Shown here in pieces: positions 49,537 to 60,329 of a stretch of 64,000 nucleotides of DNA; the stretch's first letter is position 1, and each line of letters starts with the position of its first letter. The translations under genes and the position numbers were made by a program. The stretch is from NCBI GenBank assembly GCA_012729955.1, contig JAAYBX010000020.1, positions 15,548 to 79,547 of the forward strand, read 5' to 3'. The DNA comes from Clostridiaceae bacterium (GTDB taxonomy: Bacteria > Bacillota > Clostridia > DUPQ01). A model generated the notes under the pieces. It was not told the origin of the DNA. It did no database searches and worked only from the letters and a program-made list of their open reading frames with translations.

Positions 49537-50516
49537 TTTATTTTCATGGCCTTTCTTACCATATTCATAGTGTCATCTGTCTTTATTTTAGCATTGGCAT
49601 TACCCTTTTCCAATATCTCTCTTATGAGCGAAGGTTTTGCTTCTATAAATTTTCTTCTTTCCTGTATGGGGCTCAGAAATTCTGATACTTTGCCATATAA
49701 ATTTTTCTTACATGCAACGCATCCTATTTCTCCCTTCTTACATGATTCGCATATAGATGGAGCTTCTGCTTCATTAAAGACCTTATGGAATGCATAAACA
49801 GAGCATATTTCCGGATGGCCTGGATCAGTCTTCTTTATACGTGCAGGATCAGTAATCATGCTCATTATCTTGGTACGCAATACTTCGCTTTCATCTTTAA
49901 GCAATATTGTATTATCATAACTCTTGCTCATTTTTCTTCCATCAAGCCCAGGTAGGACCTTAGCTTTTGTAAGAAGAGCTTTCGGTTCTGGAAATACCTC
50001 TTGGTACATGAAATTGAATCTTCGTGCTATCTCTCTTGTTATTTCAAGATGAGGCAGCTGGTCTTCTCCTACAGGTACAGCATCAGCTCTGTAAATAAGG
50101 ATATCTGAAGCCATTAAACAAGGGTAACCCAGAAAACCATATGTCCTTATATCCTTCTCGCTCAATTGGCTTAGCTGATCCTTGTAAGTCGGGCATCTTT
50201 CAAGCCATGACAATGGGGTTATCATGGATAAAAGCAGATGCAGCTCAGCATGATTCTGGATTTTTGACTGTAAAAAGATATTACATTTCTGTGGATCAAG
50301 ACCTGAAGCATAAAGGTCCATAACAACTTCATTTATATTATGAACATAATTCTCAGTATTTTCATAACCTGTAGTAAGCGAATGCCAATCTGCAATAAAA
50401 AAGTAACAGTTATATTCATTCTGTAAATTAACCCAGTTCTCAACTGCACCGAAATAATTTCCCAGATGCAGAGAACCAGTGCTTCTTGTTCCGCTTAAAA
50501 CAACCATGTCTTTCAT
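49527..50516 (-). CDS. trpS: Tryptophan--tRNA ligase
   Basis: Class I HIGH-type TGSLHLGNY and the KMSKS motif. Confidence 0.93.
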   Translation of the reverse strand: MKDMVVLSGTRSTGSLHLGNYFGAVENWVNLQNEYNCYFFIADWHSLTTGYENTENYVHNINEVVMDLYASGLDPQKCNIFLQSKIQNHAELHLLLSMITPLSWLERCPTYKDQLSQLSEKDIRTYGFLGYPCLMASDILIYRADAVPVGEDQLPHLEITREIARRFNFMYQEVFPEPKALLTKAKVLPGLDGRKMSKSYDNTILLKDESEVLRTKIMSMITDPARIKKTDPGHPEICSVYAFHKVFNEAEAPSICESCKKGEIGCVACKKNLYGKVSEFLSPIQERRKFIEAKPSLIREILEKGNANAKIKTDDTMNMVRKAMKINWE

Positions 50517-50525
50517 AAAATCCTC

Positions 50526-51227
50526 CTAATAAAATAATCCTACGAACCAGTTTGCCACAAATAAAAATGATTTTGTTATAGGTGAAGCAATAATATCCAA
50601 CACTGCTGCAAACTGCGATCTGAATATAAAAAATATCATTAAAAATACCATTCCGACAATTCTCTCATATCTCATTACGCTGAAATAATACCTGTCTGGA
50701 AGTATACCGAACATTATTCTTGATCCGTCAAATGGAGGTACCGGTATAAGATTAAATAATGCAAGAAAAATATTCGCTTGAAAAAGCAAATAACAGAAAA
50801 CATATAGAATTTCTAAAAATGAGGTTAATTTCATTCCATGCAGGTTAACTGCCTGTTCAATCAGGGCGACTGGAAAAGCTGCTCCGAAAGCTACTATTAG
50901 ATTTGTAACCGGACCTGCAAGTCCTACAAGCGCCATTCCATTCTTCGGGTCTTTAAAATTCATGGGGTTGACAGGAACTGGTTTTGCCCACCCTACTCTA
51001 GCAATTACCATCATTATCGCACCCATCGGGTCAAGATGCTTCAATGGATTCAATGATAAACGTCCCGCATCCCTTGCAGTGGTATCCCCCAGTTTTAATG
51101 CCATAAGTCCATGTGCGCATTCATGAAGTGTAAGCGAAATAAGCATGATTGGTATCATGTATAACATGGGTATTAACGAATTTAAAAGACTCTGCAGCAT
51201 ATGCTTCACACCTATTCCTTTTGTCAA
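50526..51227 (-). CDS. M50-family site-2-protease-like membrane metallopeptidase
   Basis: HECAHG (HExxH) within a TM helix; multi-pass. Confidence 0.75.
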   Translation of the reverse strand: MTKGIGVKHMLQSLLNSLIPMLYMIPIMLISLTLHECAHGLMALKLGDTTARDAGRLSLNPLKHLDPMGAIMMVIARVGWAKPVPVNPMNFKDPKNGMALVGLAGPVTNLIVAFGAAFPVALIEQAVNLHGMKLTSFLEILYVFCYLLFQANIFLALFNLIPVPPFDGSRIMFGILPDRYYFSVMRYERIVGMVFLMIFFIFRSQFAAVLDIIASPITKSFLFVANWFVGLFY

Positions 51228-51264
51228 TTATATATTTTAAGGTATGACATGTAAAGCCACAAAC

Positions 51265-52479
51265 CTATTTCTGCCAATCTATTCCGAACCAGGATAAAAT
51301 TGAACGCCAAAGCAAAGTCCAGAATCCTGCTCTTTCCATACCCTGTACTGTAAAAACTTCTATTTCACCCAATACCTCGCCATCAAGGGAGTATATTACT
51401 TTACCGATAGCAGTATCTTTTTCTACCGGAGCTTCTAAAGTAGCCATATCATAAACGATCTCCTTAGATATTCTCGATATATCAGTTTTCTTCATCAGAA
51501 ATCTTAAAGTTCCTTTGGCATATGTCTCCACAGACTTATCAACACCTTTTCTAACTTCAATGGAACCTACCATCTTCTGGTCATCTTCTGTCTGCGTGTA
51601 CATGAAATTCGAAAATCCGTAATCCAGAAGAAAAGCTGCTTCACCAACCCTATGGTTGTTATCAGGTTCACCGGTAACTATAGTTATAAGGCTTATTTCT
51701 CCCCTTTGTGCTGTACCTACAAGACAATATCCTGCAGCTGTGGTAAATCCTGTTTTTAATCCCGAAGCTCCGTCATAATAATTTAAGAGATTATTTCTAT
51801 TAACCATATATTGATAGTCTCTGTGTTCCTTATCCCGAAAATCCTTCTCAAGTGTGCGGCTGAACTGGAATATATCCGGATATTGCGTTATTAGTGCTTT
51901 TGTAACAATGGAAAGGTCCTTAACAGTACTGTAATGACCTGCATCAGTAAGCCCTGTGCAATCCCTGTAGTATGTATCCAGCATACCAAGTTCAGTAGCT
52001 TTCTGATTCATCCTGTTTACAAATTCACCTTGAGATCCTGCAATTGCTTCAGCAACCGCAACAGTCGCATCATTAGCAGATCTGACTTCAATCGCATATA
52101 ACATTTCCCTTAAAGTAAATTCCTCTCCCAGATTTAGGTATACTGAAGATCCTTCTACTCCATGAGCTTTTGCAGAAGCTGTAACTATTGTCTCATATGT
52201 TATTTCACCATTTGATATAGCTTCCATCACAAGGTATACTGACATAATTTTTGTAAGGCTAGCAATTGGTATCTGCTTGTTCTCATCTTTAGAGAATAGA
52301 ATTTGTCCTGTATTTGCTTCAACAAGTATAGCGCTTGTTGTCTGTAAATTGTTAATCGAAGCTGATGAATATATAGAGGAAACTTCATTCTTATCATAAG
52401 AATCATTTGAAGCTTTTACTGGAATCAGCATAAGCATGAGAGATAGAAAAATTAATATTGATACTGTTCTTTTTTTCAA
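51265..52479 (-). CDS. D-alanyl-D-alanine carboxypeptidase (PBP5/DacB-type serine peptidase)
   Basis: Signal peptide, SLTK (SxxK), SAN (SxN) and a KTG motif. Confidence 0.85.
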   Translation of the reverse strand: MKKRTVSILIFLSLMLMLIPVKASNDSYDKNEVSSIYSSASINNLQTTSAILVEANTGQILFSKDENKQIPIASLTKIMSVYLVMEAISNGEITYETIVTASAKAHGVEGSSVYLNLGEEFTLREMLYAIEVRSANDATVAVAEAIAGSQGEFVNRMNQKATELGMLDTYYRDCTGLTDAGHYSTVKDLSIVTKALITQYPDIFQFSRTLEKDFRDKEHRDYQYMVNRNNLLNYYDGASGLKTGFTTAAGYCLVGTAQRGEISLITIVTGEPDNNHRVGEAAFLLDYGFSNFMYTQTEDDQKMVGSIEVRKGVDKSVETYAKGTLRFLMKKTDISRISKEIVYDMATLEAPVEKDTAIGKVIYSLDGEVLGEIEVFTVQGMERAGFWTLLWRSILSWFGIDWQK

Positions 52480-52586
52480 GGTAATTACCTCCTTATCTTT
52501 AGTAGCAGTTAAATTATATCATTTATATATCATGACAAACAACAATTATTATTGTTATTTAAGACTAGTACAGATAAAATATACAT

Positions 52587-53732
52587 ATGATTATTAAATC
52601 AAAAAATATAAAAATAAATATAGTATTAATAATTGTTGCTCTGTGCATACCATTCATACTTACAGCATGTGAAAATGTTAATTCATCAACCCCTGGTCCC
52701 AAGACTACTGGTGAATTACCTTCGATTTCTGTTCAGCCTTCTTTATCTCCAATTGTTGAAGAAGCGGATTATATTGAAAAGGATATGATTATACAGTATC
52801 AGCATAATATACAGATAATACCAGTCATTTATGATACCTCTTCAGTTATATTAAAAGCATCAGATGGTTATGAAGTGCAACTGGATATTTTACATACAGA
52901 TAATTTAGAATATCCTGTATATTATTCAAGAGATACTGAAACTTTAAACAGCCCTCTTATCGCTATTCCAGAAACTGAAGGTAAACAGTACATATTAAGT
53001 AATTATCATAAAATCTACCTTATTGATCTGTCAGTTCCAAGCATGGATATGCTTCTTGCTGAAGAGGATGAAGATACTACTTATCTAAATTCATTAGTAA
53101 ATAATCACGCAAATGGCCTTTATTGGGGTACAAAACCTGTTATATCCGAAGACGGACAATATCTTCTGTACCTGACAAACAGAAGAAATAATGGAAAAAC
53201 AAACGATATCAGGTTGTATAACTTCGAGAGCAAAGAAGATATACTTTTATTAAAGGATGCATACTACAATCATGCATATATATCAGAGACGACTGTTTTC
53301 TATACTTGTAATGACATGCTCATGCGAATAGAAATCTCTTCCAAAGCAAAAGCCTCAGTATCATATTCTGTTTCCCCAAATGGATGTTTTAGTTATCCTT
53401 ACTATATATACACTCCAGAATACTATCAGAAATATGAAATTCTCAACCTATTAACATTAAATATAGAAAAAGGGTCTCTCGGTTCCGAAAATTCAGCTCT
53501 AAAAATACTTACTTTGCGTACTGACACATCAAATACTGCAGCAGTATTATTACTAAATCAACAAAAAGTAACCCTATCATTTATAGATATGCGTTTAAAT
53601 AAATTACTTAAAACATTCGTACTAAGTGATTCATTTAAAATAGTTTATACGCAATGGATTGACAACAATACTTTTCTTGTAAGCGGTTATGAAGGAGGTA
53701 TAAATGAGAAAACATACTTACTTTCGTACTAG
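52587..53732 (+). CDS. Lipoprotein, probably a beta-propeller
   Basis: Lipobox LTAC after a hydrophobic signal; no other recognisable motif. Confidence 0.5.
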   Translation: MIIKSKNIKINIVLIIVALCIPFILTACENVNSSTPGPKTTGELPSISVQPSLSPIVEEADYIEKDMIIQYQHNIQIIPVIYDTSSVILKASDGYEVQLDILHTDNLEYPVYYSRDTETLNSPLIAIPETEGKQYILSNYHKIYLIDLSVPSMDMLLAEEDEDTTYLNSLVNNHANGLYWGTKPVISEDGQYLLYLTNRRNNGKTNDIRLYNFESKEDILLLKDAYYNHAYISETTVFYTCNDMLMRIEISSKAKASVSYSVSPNGCFSYPYYIYTPEYYQKYEILNLLTLNIEKGSLGSENSALKILTLRTDTSNTAAVLLLNQQKVTLSFIDMRLNKLLKTFVLSDSFKIVYTQWIDNNTFLVSGYEGGINEKTYLLSY

Positions 53733-54705
53733 ATATATGTATTTCTTAGTTCTTTTGATTATTCTATCAATACTATGCGTTTTATCTGCATCTGAATATG
53801 ACAGAGCTTTTATTCAGATGCCAACCGTAAACATGTCATTACAAGCCCTCTCTCCTTACAAGAATTCTGAAGGAATCGAATACTGGCCATTATGTACAAG
53901 CAAGAATAATCAACCCAGGTATGTTACAGGTACAAATCCTCATCAGGGTACTGACTTATCTATAAATGTAGGAGAGCTTATATATCCGATTTTTGATGGG
54001 GAGATAGTGTACATGAATAAAGATATCTCAAAACAATTAGGCCATATCATCATCAAATCAGATATCGGATATGAGGAACCAGTTTATATTGAATATCTTC
54101 ATGTAGCACCAATTCAAGGACTGGATGTAAATGATTTCGTATATACTTCAATTCCGATAGCCACTATTGATGAATACAATAGATATGATTCTCATCTTCA
54201 TATAGGAAGGGTCAATGAAGATAGAACTCTGCATTATCAGTTTTATGACCTTTTTTCTAATGTAACAAGATGGAAGAACGGTTCAGATTTGGATGTTTTC
54301 AGTTATCCGAATTATAACAACGAGACTAACATGTTTTCTATTACAGCATATGTATCATCAGACACAGAAAATCTAGATTATTATGGAGGTTATGGCCGTT
54401 TTCCTATGAAACATATCACCTTTTTCTATTCTGTAAATCATGGGACTTGGAACAGCTTTTACATTTCGCAGCACGATGAAGAATTCACTTATTCATTTAA
54501 TGTCAAACAATTGACTGGTGCTAAGAGTAATGATGTTATTAAATACTATATAACTGCCACAAGAGATAATCAAAGCTTATTTGATACCACCTTCAAAGAT
54601 GCACCTTACACAGTTACATATTACCCTGCATACTATTCTCATCCATCATCTACCCTTACAAAAGAACAGGCAGAGAGAATTGCTTTATCGCTCACTGTTA
54701 AATAG
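53704..54705 (+). CDS. M23-family (LytM-like) peptidase-domain protein with a signal anchor
   Basis: HQGTDLS (HxxxD) and HLH motifs. Confidence 0.65.
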   Translation: MRKHTYFRTRYMYFLVLLIILSILCVLSASEYDRAFIQMPTVNMSLQALSPYKNSEGIEYWPLCTSKNNQPRYVTGTNPHQGTDLSINVGELIYPIFDGEIVYMNKDISKQLGHIIIKSDIGYEEPVYIEYLHVAPIQGLDVNDFVYTSIPIATIDEYNRYDSHLHIGRVNEDRTLHYQFYDLFSNVTRWKNGSDLDVFSYPNYNNETNMFSITAYVSSDTENLDYYGGYGRFPMKHITFFYSVNHGTWNSFYISQHDEEFTYSFNVKQLTGAKSNDVIKYYITATRDNQSLFDTTFKDAPYTVTYYPAYYSHPSSTLTKEQAERIALSLTVK

Positions 54706-56464
54706 CATTTTCTGCAAATTCTCTATAATATAATTCATGATATAGACCTTTTTTAGCTAATAATTCAGAATGAGTACCTTCTTCTACTACATTACCGTCT
54801 TTTATATAACAGATTCTATCTGCATTCATAATTGTAGAAAGCCTATGCGCAATAACAATGGATGTCTTACCTCTCATGAATCTGTCTAACGCTTCCTGAA
54901 TCATTTTTTCTGATTCGCTGTCTAGTGATGATGTGGCTTCATCAAGAAGAAGTATAGAAGGATTTTTAATTATCGCTCTTGCAATTGCTATCCTTTGTCT
55001 CTGACCTCCTGATAACCTGATTCCCCTCTCTCCTACATATGTCTCATATCCATTAGGTTGGTCAATTATAAATTCATGAGCATTTGCCAATACTGCAGCA
55101 TTTAAGATTTCATCTTCTGATGCGTCTGTCTTTCCGTATTTTATATTCTCTCTTATGGTTCCGTTAAAAATATATGCATCCTGCGGCACATAGCCAGTTT
55201 CAGCTCTTAACTGTTCAAGTGAATAATCCTTGTATGATTTACCATTAATCTGTATCTTTCCATCATCAACCTTAAAAAGACCAAGTAAAAGTTTAGCTAT
55301 AGTACTCTTTCCGCCTCCGCTGTCCCCTACTAATGCGAGTGTTTTGCCTTTTTCGATCTCCAGGCTTAATCCAGATATCCTGAACTGATTATGACTGTTT
55401 TCTTCAGGATTTCCGTTTGCATTATATGCAAAGCTGACATCTAAAAGCTGTATACCCATATCAGAATCTGTTCCTTCAATATCATACAAATCCGGTTCTT
55501 TATTTTCATCATAAAGCTGTTTTAGCCTGTTAGATCCTGCAAAAGCTTTTTGAAGATTGGGTAAAGCAGAAATCAGATTCGATACAGACCACCCGATTCC
55601 ATTACTGGTAGATATGGCCATATAATTTCCTGCCTGCAGTGTTCCTTTAATGACGAATACACATCCTAATATTGTAGTAAGGAAATTTGATGAATTCCAT
55701 ATAATGCCATTTAAGCCTCTTTGCAGAGTATAGGTTTTTGCTGCTTTCCAGCCACTATTGAAATTGTCCTGAACGCTCTTTTCAAATTTCGAACGAAGAT
55801 AACTGCTCAAAGAAAACATCCTGACTGCAGTAAATCCTGTAACTGTTTCTGATGCTTCTTTACTTAATGCTGCCTTATTTTCCAAAATTACTTTATGCTT
55901 CTCTCTTAAAGGTTTTATAAATAAAGCATTTAAAACTCCTGTAATAGCCGAAAATCCAAGAAGAATTGCTCCAAACCGGAAATCTAGTATAAGTACAAAT
56001 GGTATTCTTAAAAATAAACTTATTATTGATTCAGTTATATTTTCGAATTCACCAAATACTGTTATGACACTCTGAGTGTCTGCATTAAATTTTGATACTA
56101 GATCACCGCTATGCGTACTCTTAAAATATGAAGATGGAAGCTTCTGGACTTCCCTAAATGTCATTATCCTTATATCACGTAAAATATCTTCCTTTACTTT
56201 GTTGTGAAGGTGGAAAAATACACAGAAAAATATACTTGTAACAATGGTTCCAGAAAAAACCAAAACCATTATTAATATGTTTTCATTATTTTTATATAAA
56301 AAGAAATCAGTTAGCAGTTTCAACGCATAAGATAAAGATATGTCGATAAAACTACCAATTATGCACCATATCGGAAGCAGAGTAAAATATCTACCTTTAT
56401 TCTTTCCCATAAGTCTGAAAATAAATTTCATATCCTTAAGCATCCTGTACCTCCTGATCAACAA
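54698..56464 (-). CDS. ABC exporter, fused permease-ATPase (heterodimer partner B)
   Basis: Six TM helices, then Walker A GDSGGGKST, the signature LSGGQRQR and Walker B LLLDEATS. Confidence 0.9.
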   Translation of the reverse strand: MLIRRYRMLKDMKFIFRLMGKNKGRYFTLLPIWCIIGSFIDISLSYALKLLTDFFLYKNNENILIMVLVFSGTIVTSIFFCVFFHLHNKVKEDILRDIRIMTFREVQKLPSSYFKSTHSGDLVSKFNADTQSVITVFGEFENITESIISLFLRIPFVLILDFRFGAILLGFSAITGVLNALFIKPLREKHKVILENKAALSKEASETVTGFTAVRMFSLSSYLRSKFEKSVQDNFNSGWKAAKTYTLQRGLNGIIWNSSNFLTTILGCVFVIKGTLQAGNYMAISTSNGIGWSVSNLISALPNLQKAFAGSNRLKQLYDENKEPDLYDIEGTDSDMGIQLLDVSFAYNANGNPEENSHNQFRISGLSLEIEKGKTLALVGDSGGGKSTIAKLLLGLFKVDDGKIQINGKSYKDYSLEQLRAETGYVPQDAYIFNGTIRENIKYGKTDASEDEILNAAVLANAHEFIIDQPNGYETYVGERGIRLSGGQRQRIAIARAIIKNPSILLLDEATSSLDSESEKMIQEALDRFMRGKTSIVIAHRLSTIMNADRICYIKDGNVVEEGTHSELLAKKGLYHELYYREFAENAI

Positions 56465-58199
56465 GTTGTCTTCTGTATAATTCCGAATATCTTTTATTGC
56501 TCTTTATAAGCTGTTCGTGAGTTCCCTGTTCAGCAATTATGCCATCTTCAAGAAGAATTATCTGATCAGAATCTATTATAGTAGTCAGCCTATGAGCAAT
56601 AATTAGAACAGATCTTCCTTTCTTTAAGTTCTCTATTGATTTCTGAACATAAAATTCAGATTTTGTATCCAATGCGCTTGTCGGTTCATCAAGCATTATT
56701 AGAGGTGCATCCTTAAGAAGCGCTCTTGCTACTGCTATCCTCTGTCTCTGCCCTCCTGATACCTTTGCGCCTCTTTCACCGACATCTTTAATGAACTGGT
56801 CAATATATGCTTTTTTTGATGCATCTTCTATCATTTCATCAGTAGCATCTAAATTTCCCATTCTTATATTATTAACAATACTATCATCAAATAAAAATAC
56901 ATCCTGAGTTACACATGTCATGTATTTTCTCAATGCGTTAAGGTTCCACGCACGAATGTCATGACCGAATATGTATATTTCTCCTGTGAAATTTTCATAA
57001 TAACCACATATAAGTTTGAATATCGTGCTTTTTCCACTACCGCTTACACCGCATAACGCAAGTCTGGAATTTTTATAAAGCTTGAAACTGACATCCTTAA
57101 GAAGAGGTATATCATCATGGTATGAAAAGCTTACATTCTTAAATTCAACTATAATATCAGAGTCATTAGTACCAAAGTCTTTTCCATCTGTTCTTTCTTC
57201 TTTATTTGCAAGAAATTTAAAGTATCTTTCCGCAGTTCCTGAGTAACCTATCATTTCAGCCCATCCAATACCAAATGTCCTGAATGTGTGGATAAGAGGC
57301 CAAAGCATATTACTGAATATAACATACTGCCCTATTGTCAGTTCATTTCTTGCGATAAAATAAATTGAAGCAAACATACAGATTCCCTGAGGAATAACCA
57401 TCATTAAAATTTGAAGAGCTCTGTTTTTCGTCATAACAAGGCTGCTCTTATATGACTCATTCGCTATATTCTGACAAGACTCCTGAAATTTTTCTGTATG
57501 AGATTTGTGCATATTAAATGCTTTGTATATATCGTTTCCTTCAATAAAATCTCTAAGATACGAATTTAATACAGCAGTATGTTCCTGAATATTATTTTTT
57601 GCAGCTTTTAAAGGCTCTGATACTTTATTTAATATAAACATGACAATTGGAACTATAGTTAATGAAAATAAAGTAAGTTTCCAGTTAATACTGCAAAGTA
57701 TTATAATTGACAATATAAGTGAGACAGGATTCCAGGAAAGAAATCCAGCTATAGTATTACCCATAAATGTTTTTATCTTCTCTATATCATCTATCAGTGT
57801 GCTTATTGTATCTGCAGTATGGACATTCTCATAATACCCCATTTCAAGTTTATCAATCTTGTTATATGCATTCATTGAAAGGGTTCTGTATGTTCTAAGT
57901 TCATATTGCGAATCGATAAGAGGATTCGTAAACTGTAATAGTATCCTTATAATGAATATAGCTATTAAAGCATATATAAATGACATAAGCCTCTCATATT
58001 CGCCTGAGAGGGCTACATCCAGCGATGATCCAATGATGTAGAAATCAAATACAGATATTACTCCGGATGCTATCCCTCCGAACCATCTTCCAATTGCCCA
58101 TTTCTTGTGTTCTGATGTCTCTTTGTATATTTTTGCCATCATTTTGATGACATTTTTTGCATTCGTCTTCTCTTTTTTTGAAGACATTTTATTATTCAT
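56436..58199 (-). CDS. ABC exporter, fused permease-ATPase (heterodimer partner A)
   Basis: Six TM helices, then GVSGSGKST, VSGGQRQR and IMLDEPTS. Confidence 0.9.
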   Translation of the reverse strand: MNNKMSSKKEKTNAKNVIKMMAKIYKETSEHKKWAIGRWFGGIASGVISVFDFYIIGSSLDVALSGEYERLMSFIYALIAIFIIRILLQFTNPLIDSQYELRTYRTLSMNAYNKIDKLEMGYYENVHTADTISTLIDDIEKIKTFMGNTIAGFLSWNPVSLILSIIILCSINWKLTLFSLTIVPIVMFILNKVSEPLKAAKNNIQEHTAVLNSYLRDFIEGNDIYKAFNMHKSHTEKFQESCQNIANESYKSSLVMTKNRALQILMMVIPQGICMFASIYFIARNELTIGQYVIFSNMLWPLIHTFRTFGIGWAEMIGYSGTAERYFKFLANKEERTDGKDFGTNDSDIIVEFKNVSFSYHDDIPLLKDVSFKLYKNSRLALCGVSGSGKSTIFKLICGYYENFTGEIYIFGHDIRAWNLNALRKYMTCVTQDVFLFDDSIVNNIRMGNLDATDEMIEDASKKAYIDQFIKDVGERGAKVSGGQRQRIAVARALLKDAPLIMLDEPTSALDTKSEFYVQKSIENLKKGRSVLIIAHRLTTIIDSDQIILLEDGIIAEQGTHEQLIKSNKRYSELYRRQLVDQEVQDA

Positions 58200-58526
58200 T
58201 TTGTCCTCGATATATTGTTTTTAAAGTTGTAAAACATATTTTATATAAACCAGAAGCAAATTTCAAGAATTATTTTATAAATACATATATTTTACAATTC
58301 TGTATTTTGAATAATTATATAAATAATACTGTATTTTACCTAGTTTAGTAATTATTCTTATTCATGATACTACTTCAGATAACTTGAATAAAACTGATTA
58401 TTCGGAATCACAACTGATACCGGTTCTTTATAACCTGTCTTAACTGATATCCTATTGGGATCCAGGTTTTCTGACAAAATATCCGGATAGTAAAACCTAA
58501 TATATGGTTGTCTTTTCATTTTCTCC

Positions 58527-59744
58527 TCACACAAAATCCATCGTAATTGTCCCGTTGCTGGTTGTTGTTTCCACTGCAGCAACAATATCTGATTTATATG
58601 CATAACGGCTTTCACCCTTTGCATAGCTTATCCTCCCTAATGAATTTCTCTGCATTGACTGCATATTGAAATTCCTTCCTAAACGTATATTGCCATGTCT
58701 TCCGGCAGAGCATTCAAATGCTGCTCCGAAATCGCGATTAACATACACTGTTACAGACCCGTTCGTTGTCTCACCCAGCATCAGAAATTTACTCTCTGAT
58801 TGATATGGAAAAAGCCTGTCAAATAATATAGCTCCATTAGTTGTCTCTGCTTTAAAACTTCTTGCAGAGCTATTATTAAACTTAATCGACCCGTTCGTTG
58901 TCTCCATATCAATAAGTTTAGAGTAATCCATAGCCGTCTGTACAGATCCATTTGATGACTCCACAACTATTGAATCATCAAAATTATTCTGCTCTGACCG
59001 TACAGAACCATTGCTCGTCTCTCCTTTAAAAACCCTGCCTATACATCTTCTGACAGAAATGGAACCATTCGTACCTTCTAAAATAATCTGGTCGCACTTA
59101 GTATCCATTATGCTAATAGGTCCATTGGTTGTCTCAACTTTAATATTAGAAAATTCCATATCAGGAAGTTGTAATGCAATTATGACTTTGTCCTTATACA
59201 TTTCATCTATTGAAATATCCAGGTTATCTTTTGAGTACTGTATCTCCAATATTTCGTTTATCCTGTCATAATCCCTTGGTTTGACTGATATTGTTAGAAT
59301 AGCTTTATCCGATGAACCGCGTTTAATGTTAATGGAACTGTTTGTACCTTCAATTTTGACTGATGCCTTATTAACAAGTTCGAATTCCATATCTTTTGAC
59401 TCAAAACCATTAAAGTCAGCATTATTTGGGATATCAAAAGATAATGAATCAAAAACATCACTTTTGATATCGGAAAGCCTGTCAAATATAACTTCCTTTA
59501 AATCCTTTCCGAAATTTGCATATTTCTTTCTAAAGTCATCATGGTCATCAAAAATTTCCGGACTGTCTTCTCGCATCGAATCCTGAAAATCTTTTGTTTC
59601 ATAATAGTCATCATCATCTGATGACTCAGTCTTTATATCATTTAGCGCATCTATAAGCATTTTTGCTTCTTCTGATGTAATCTTCTTTTCTTCAAGAAGC
59701 TTTAATATCATTTCTATCTCTTTTGATTTATTCATTTTGTTCAC
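58527..59744 (-). CDS. DUF4097-type (YvlB-like) protein with repeated ETTNG(S/P)I beta-solenoid units
   Basis: At least eight TNG[SP][IV] repeats and an acidic linker; the N-terminal helix is SHOCT-like. Confidence 0.7.
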   Translation of the reverse strand: MNKMNKSKEIEMILKLLEEKKITSEEAKMLIDALNDIKTESSDDDDYYETKDFQDSMREDSPEIFDDHDDFRKKYANFGKDLKEVIFDRLSDIKSDVFDSLSFDIPNNADFNGFESKDMEFELVNKASVKIEGTNSSINIKRGSSDKAILTISVKPRDYDRINEILEIQYSKDNLDISIDEMYKDKVIIALQLPDMEFSNIKVETTNGPISIMDTKCDQIILEGTNGSISVRRCIGRVFKGETSNGSVRSEQNNFDDSIVVESSNGSVQTAMDYSKLIDMETTNGSIKFNNSSARSFKAETTNGAILFDRLFPYQSESKFLMLGETTNGSVTVYVNRDFGAAFECSAGRHGNIRLGRNFNMQSMQRNSLGRISYAKGESRYAYKSDIVAAVETTTSNGTITMDFV

Positions 59745-59747
59745 CTC

Positions 59748-60128
59748 TTATTTAAGTATTTTCAATGCTTCTTCAACTGTCATTTCACCCTTTTCAATAC
59801 TGTCAAGTACCTTCATCCTGGTGTCATCTTCCTGTTTCTCATCTTTGTATCCCATTGTTTTCGCAATTATTTCCAAACGCGATTTAACTGTCGGATAAGA
59901 TACTTTCAATTCCTTTTCCATCTCTTTTATACTGCCTCTGCATTTTATAAATGCTTCAACGAATTCCAACTGGCTTGGATCCAATTTAGCCAGTTTTGTA
60001 GTATAGAATTCTCCGCTAATATGTGTCTTGCAGTTTTTGCAGACCATGTCAGTTATTACAAGTTCACCTTCGCATATTGGACACTGTGACGGCACAAAAT
60101 TTTTCATATCATTATACCTCCTATTCAA
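59748..60128 (-). CDS. DUF2089-family zinc-ribbon/HTH protein
   Basis: CPICEGELVITDMVCKNCKT zinc ribbon, then an HTH-like C-terminus; partner of the DUF4097 gene. Confidence 0.7.
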   Translation of the reverse strand: MNRRYNDMKNFVPSQCPICEGELVITDMVCKNCKTHISGEFYTTKLAKLDPSQLEFVEAFIKCRGSIKEMEKELKVSYPTVKSRLEIIAKTMGYKDEKQEDDTRMKVLDSIEKGEMTVEEALKILK

Positions 60129-60290
60129 TAATCAAAACATTCTCATCTGTAAAATATAAATACATAATACAAAGGATTTTTTGATATGTCAATACTTATA
60201 TTAAATATTTTAATATCATTATTAAATATATTAATTTTTGTATTTACTGTTCTGATTATGCAAACATTTGTTTTCTTTTGCATAAAATAA

Positions 60291-60312
60291 TACCCGTATA
60301 AACCCGGGTATT
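60291..60312 (-). terminator. Terminator hairpin after the thioesterase gene
   Basis: ATACCCG-gguuuaua-CGGGTAT followed by UAUUUUAU on the minus strand. Confidence 0.5.
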
Positions 60313-60329
60313 TGTATATCTGTATTTAT

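Noticed and set aside
50517-50525. Expected T-box leader upstream of trpS
   Set aside because: Only 9 nt separate trpS from the upstream M50 peptidase gene. Any T-box would have to lie further upstream, outside an intergenic space.
58370-58624. 84-aa minus-strand ORF
   Set aside because: It overlaps the 3' end of the DUF4097 gene in another frame and has no RBS or motif.
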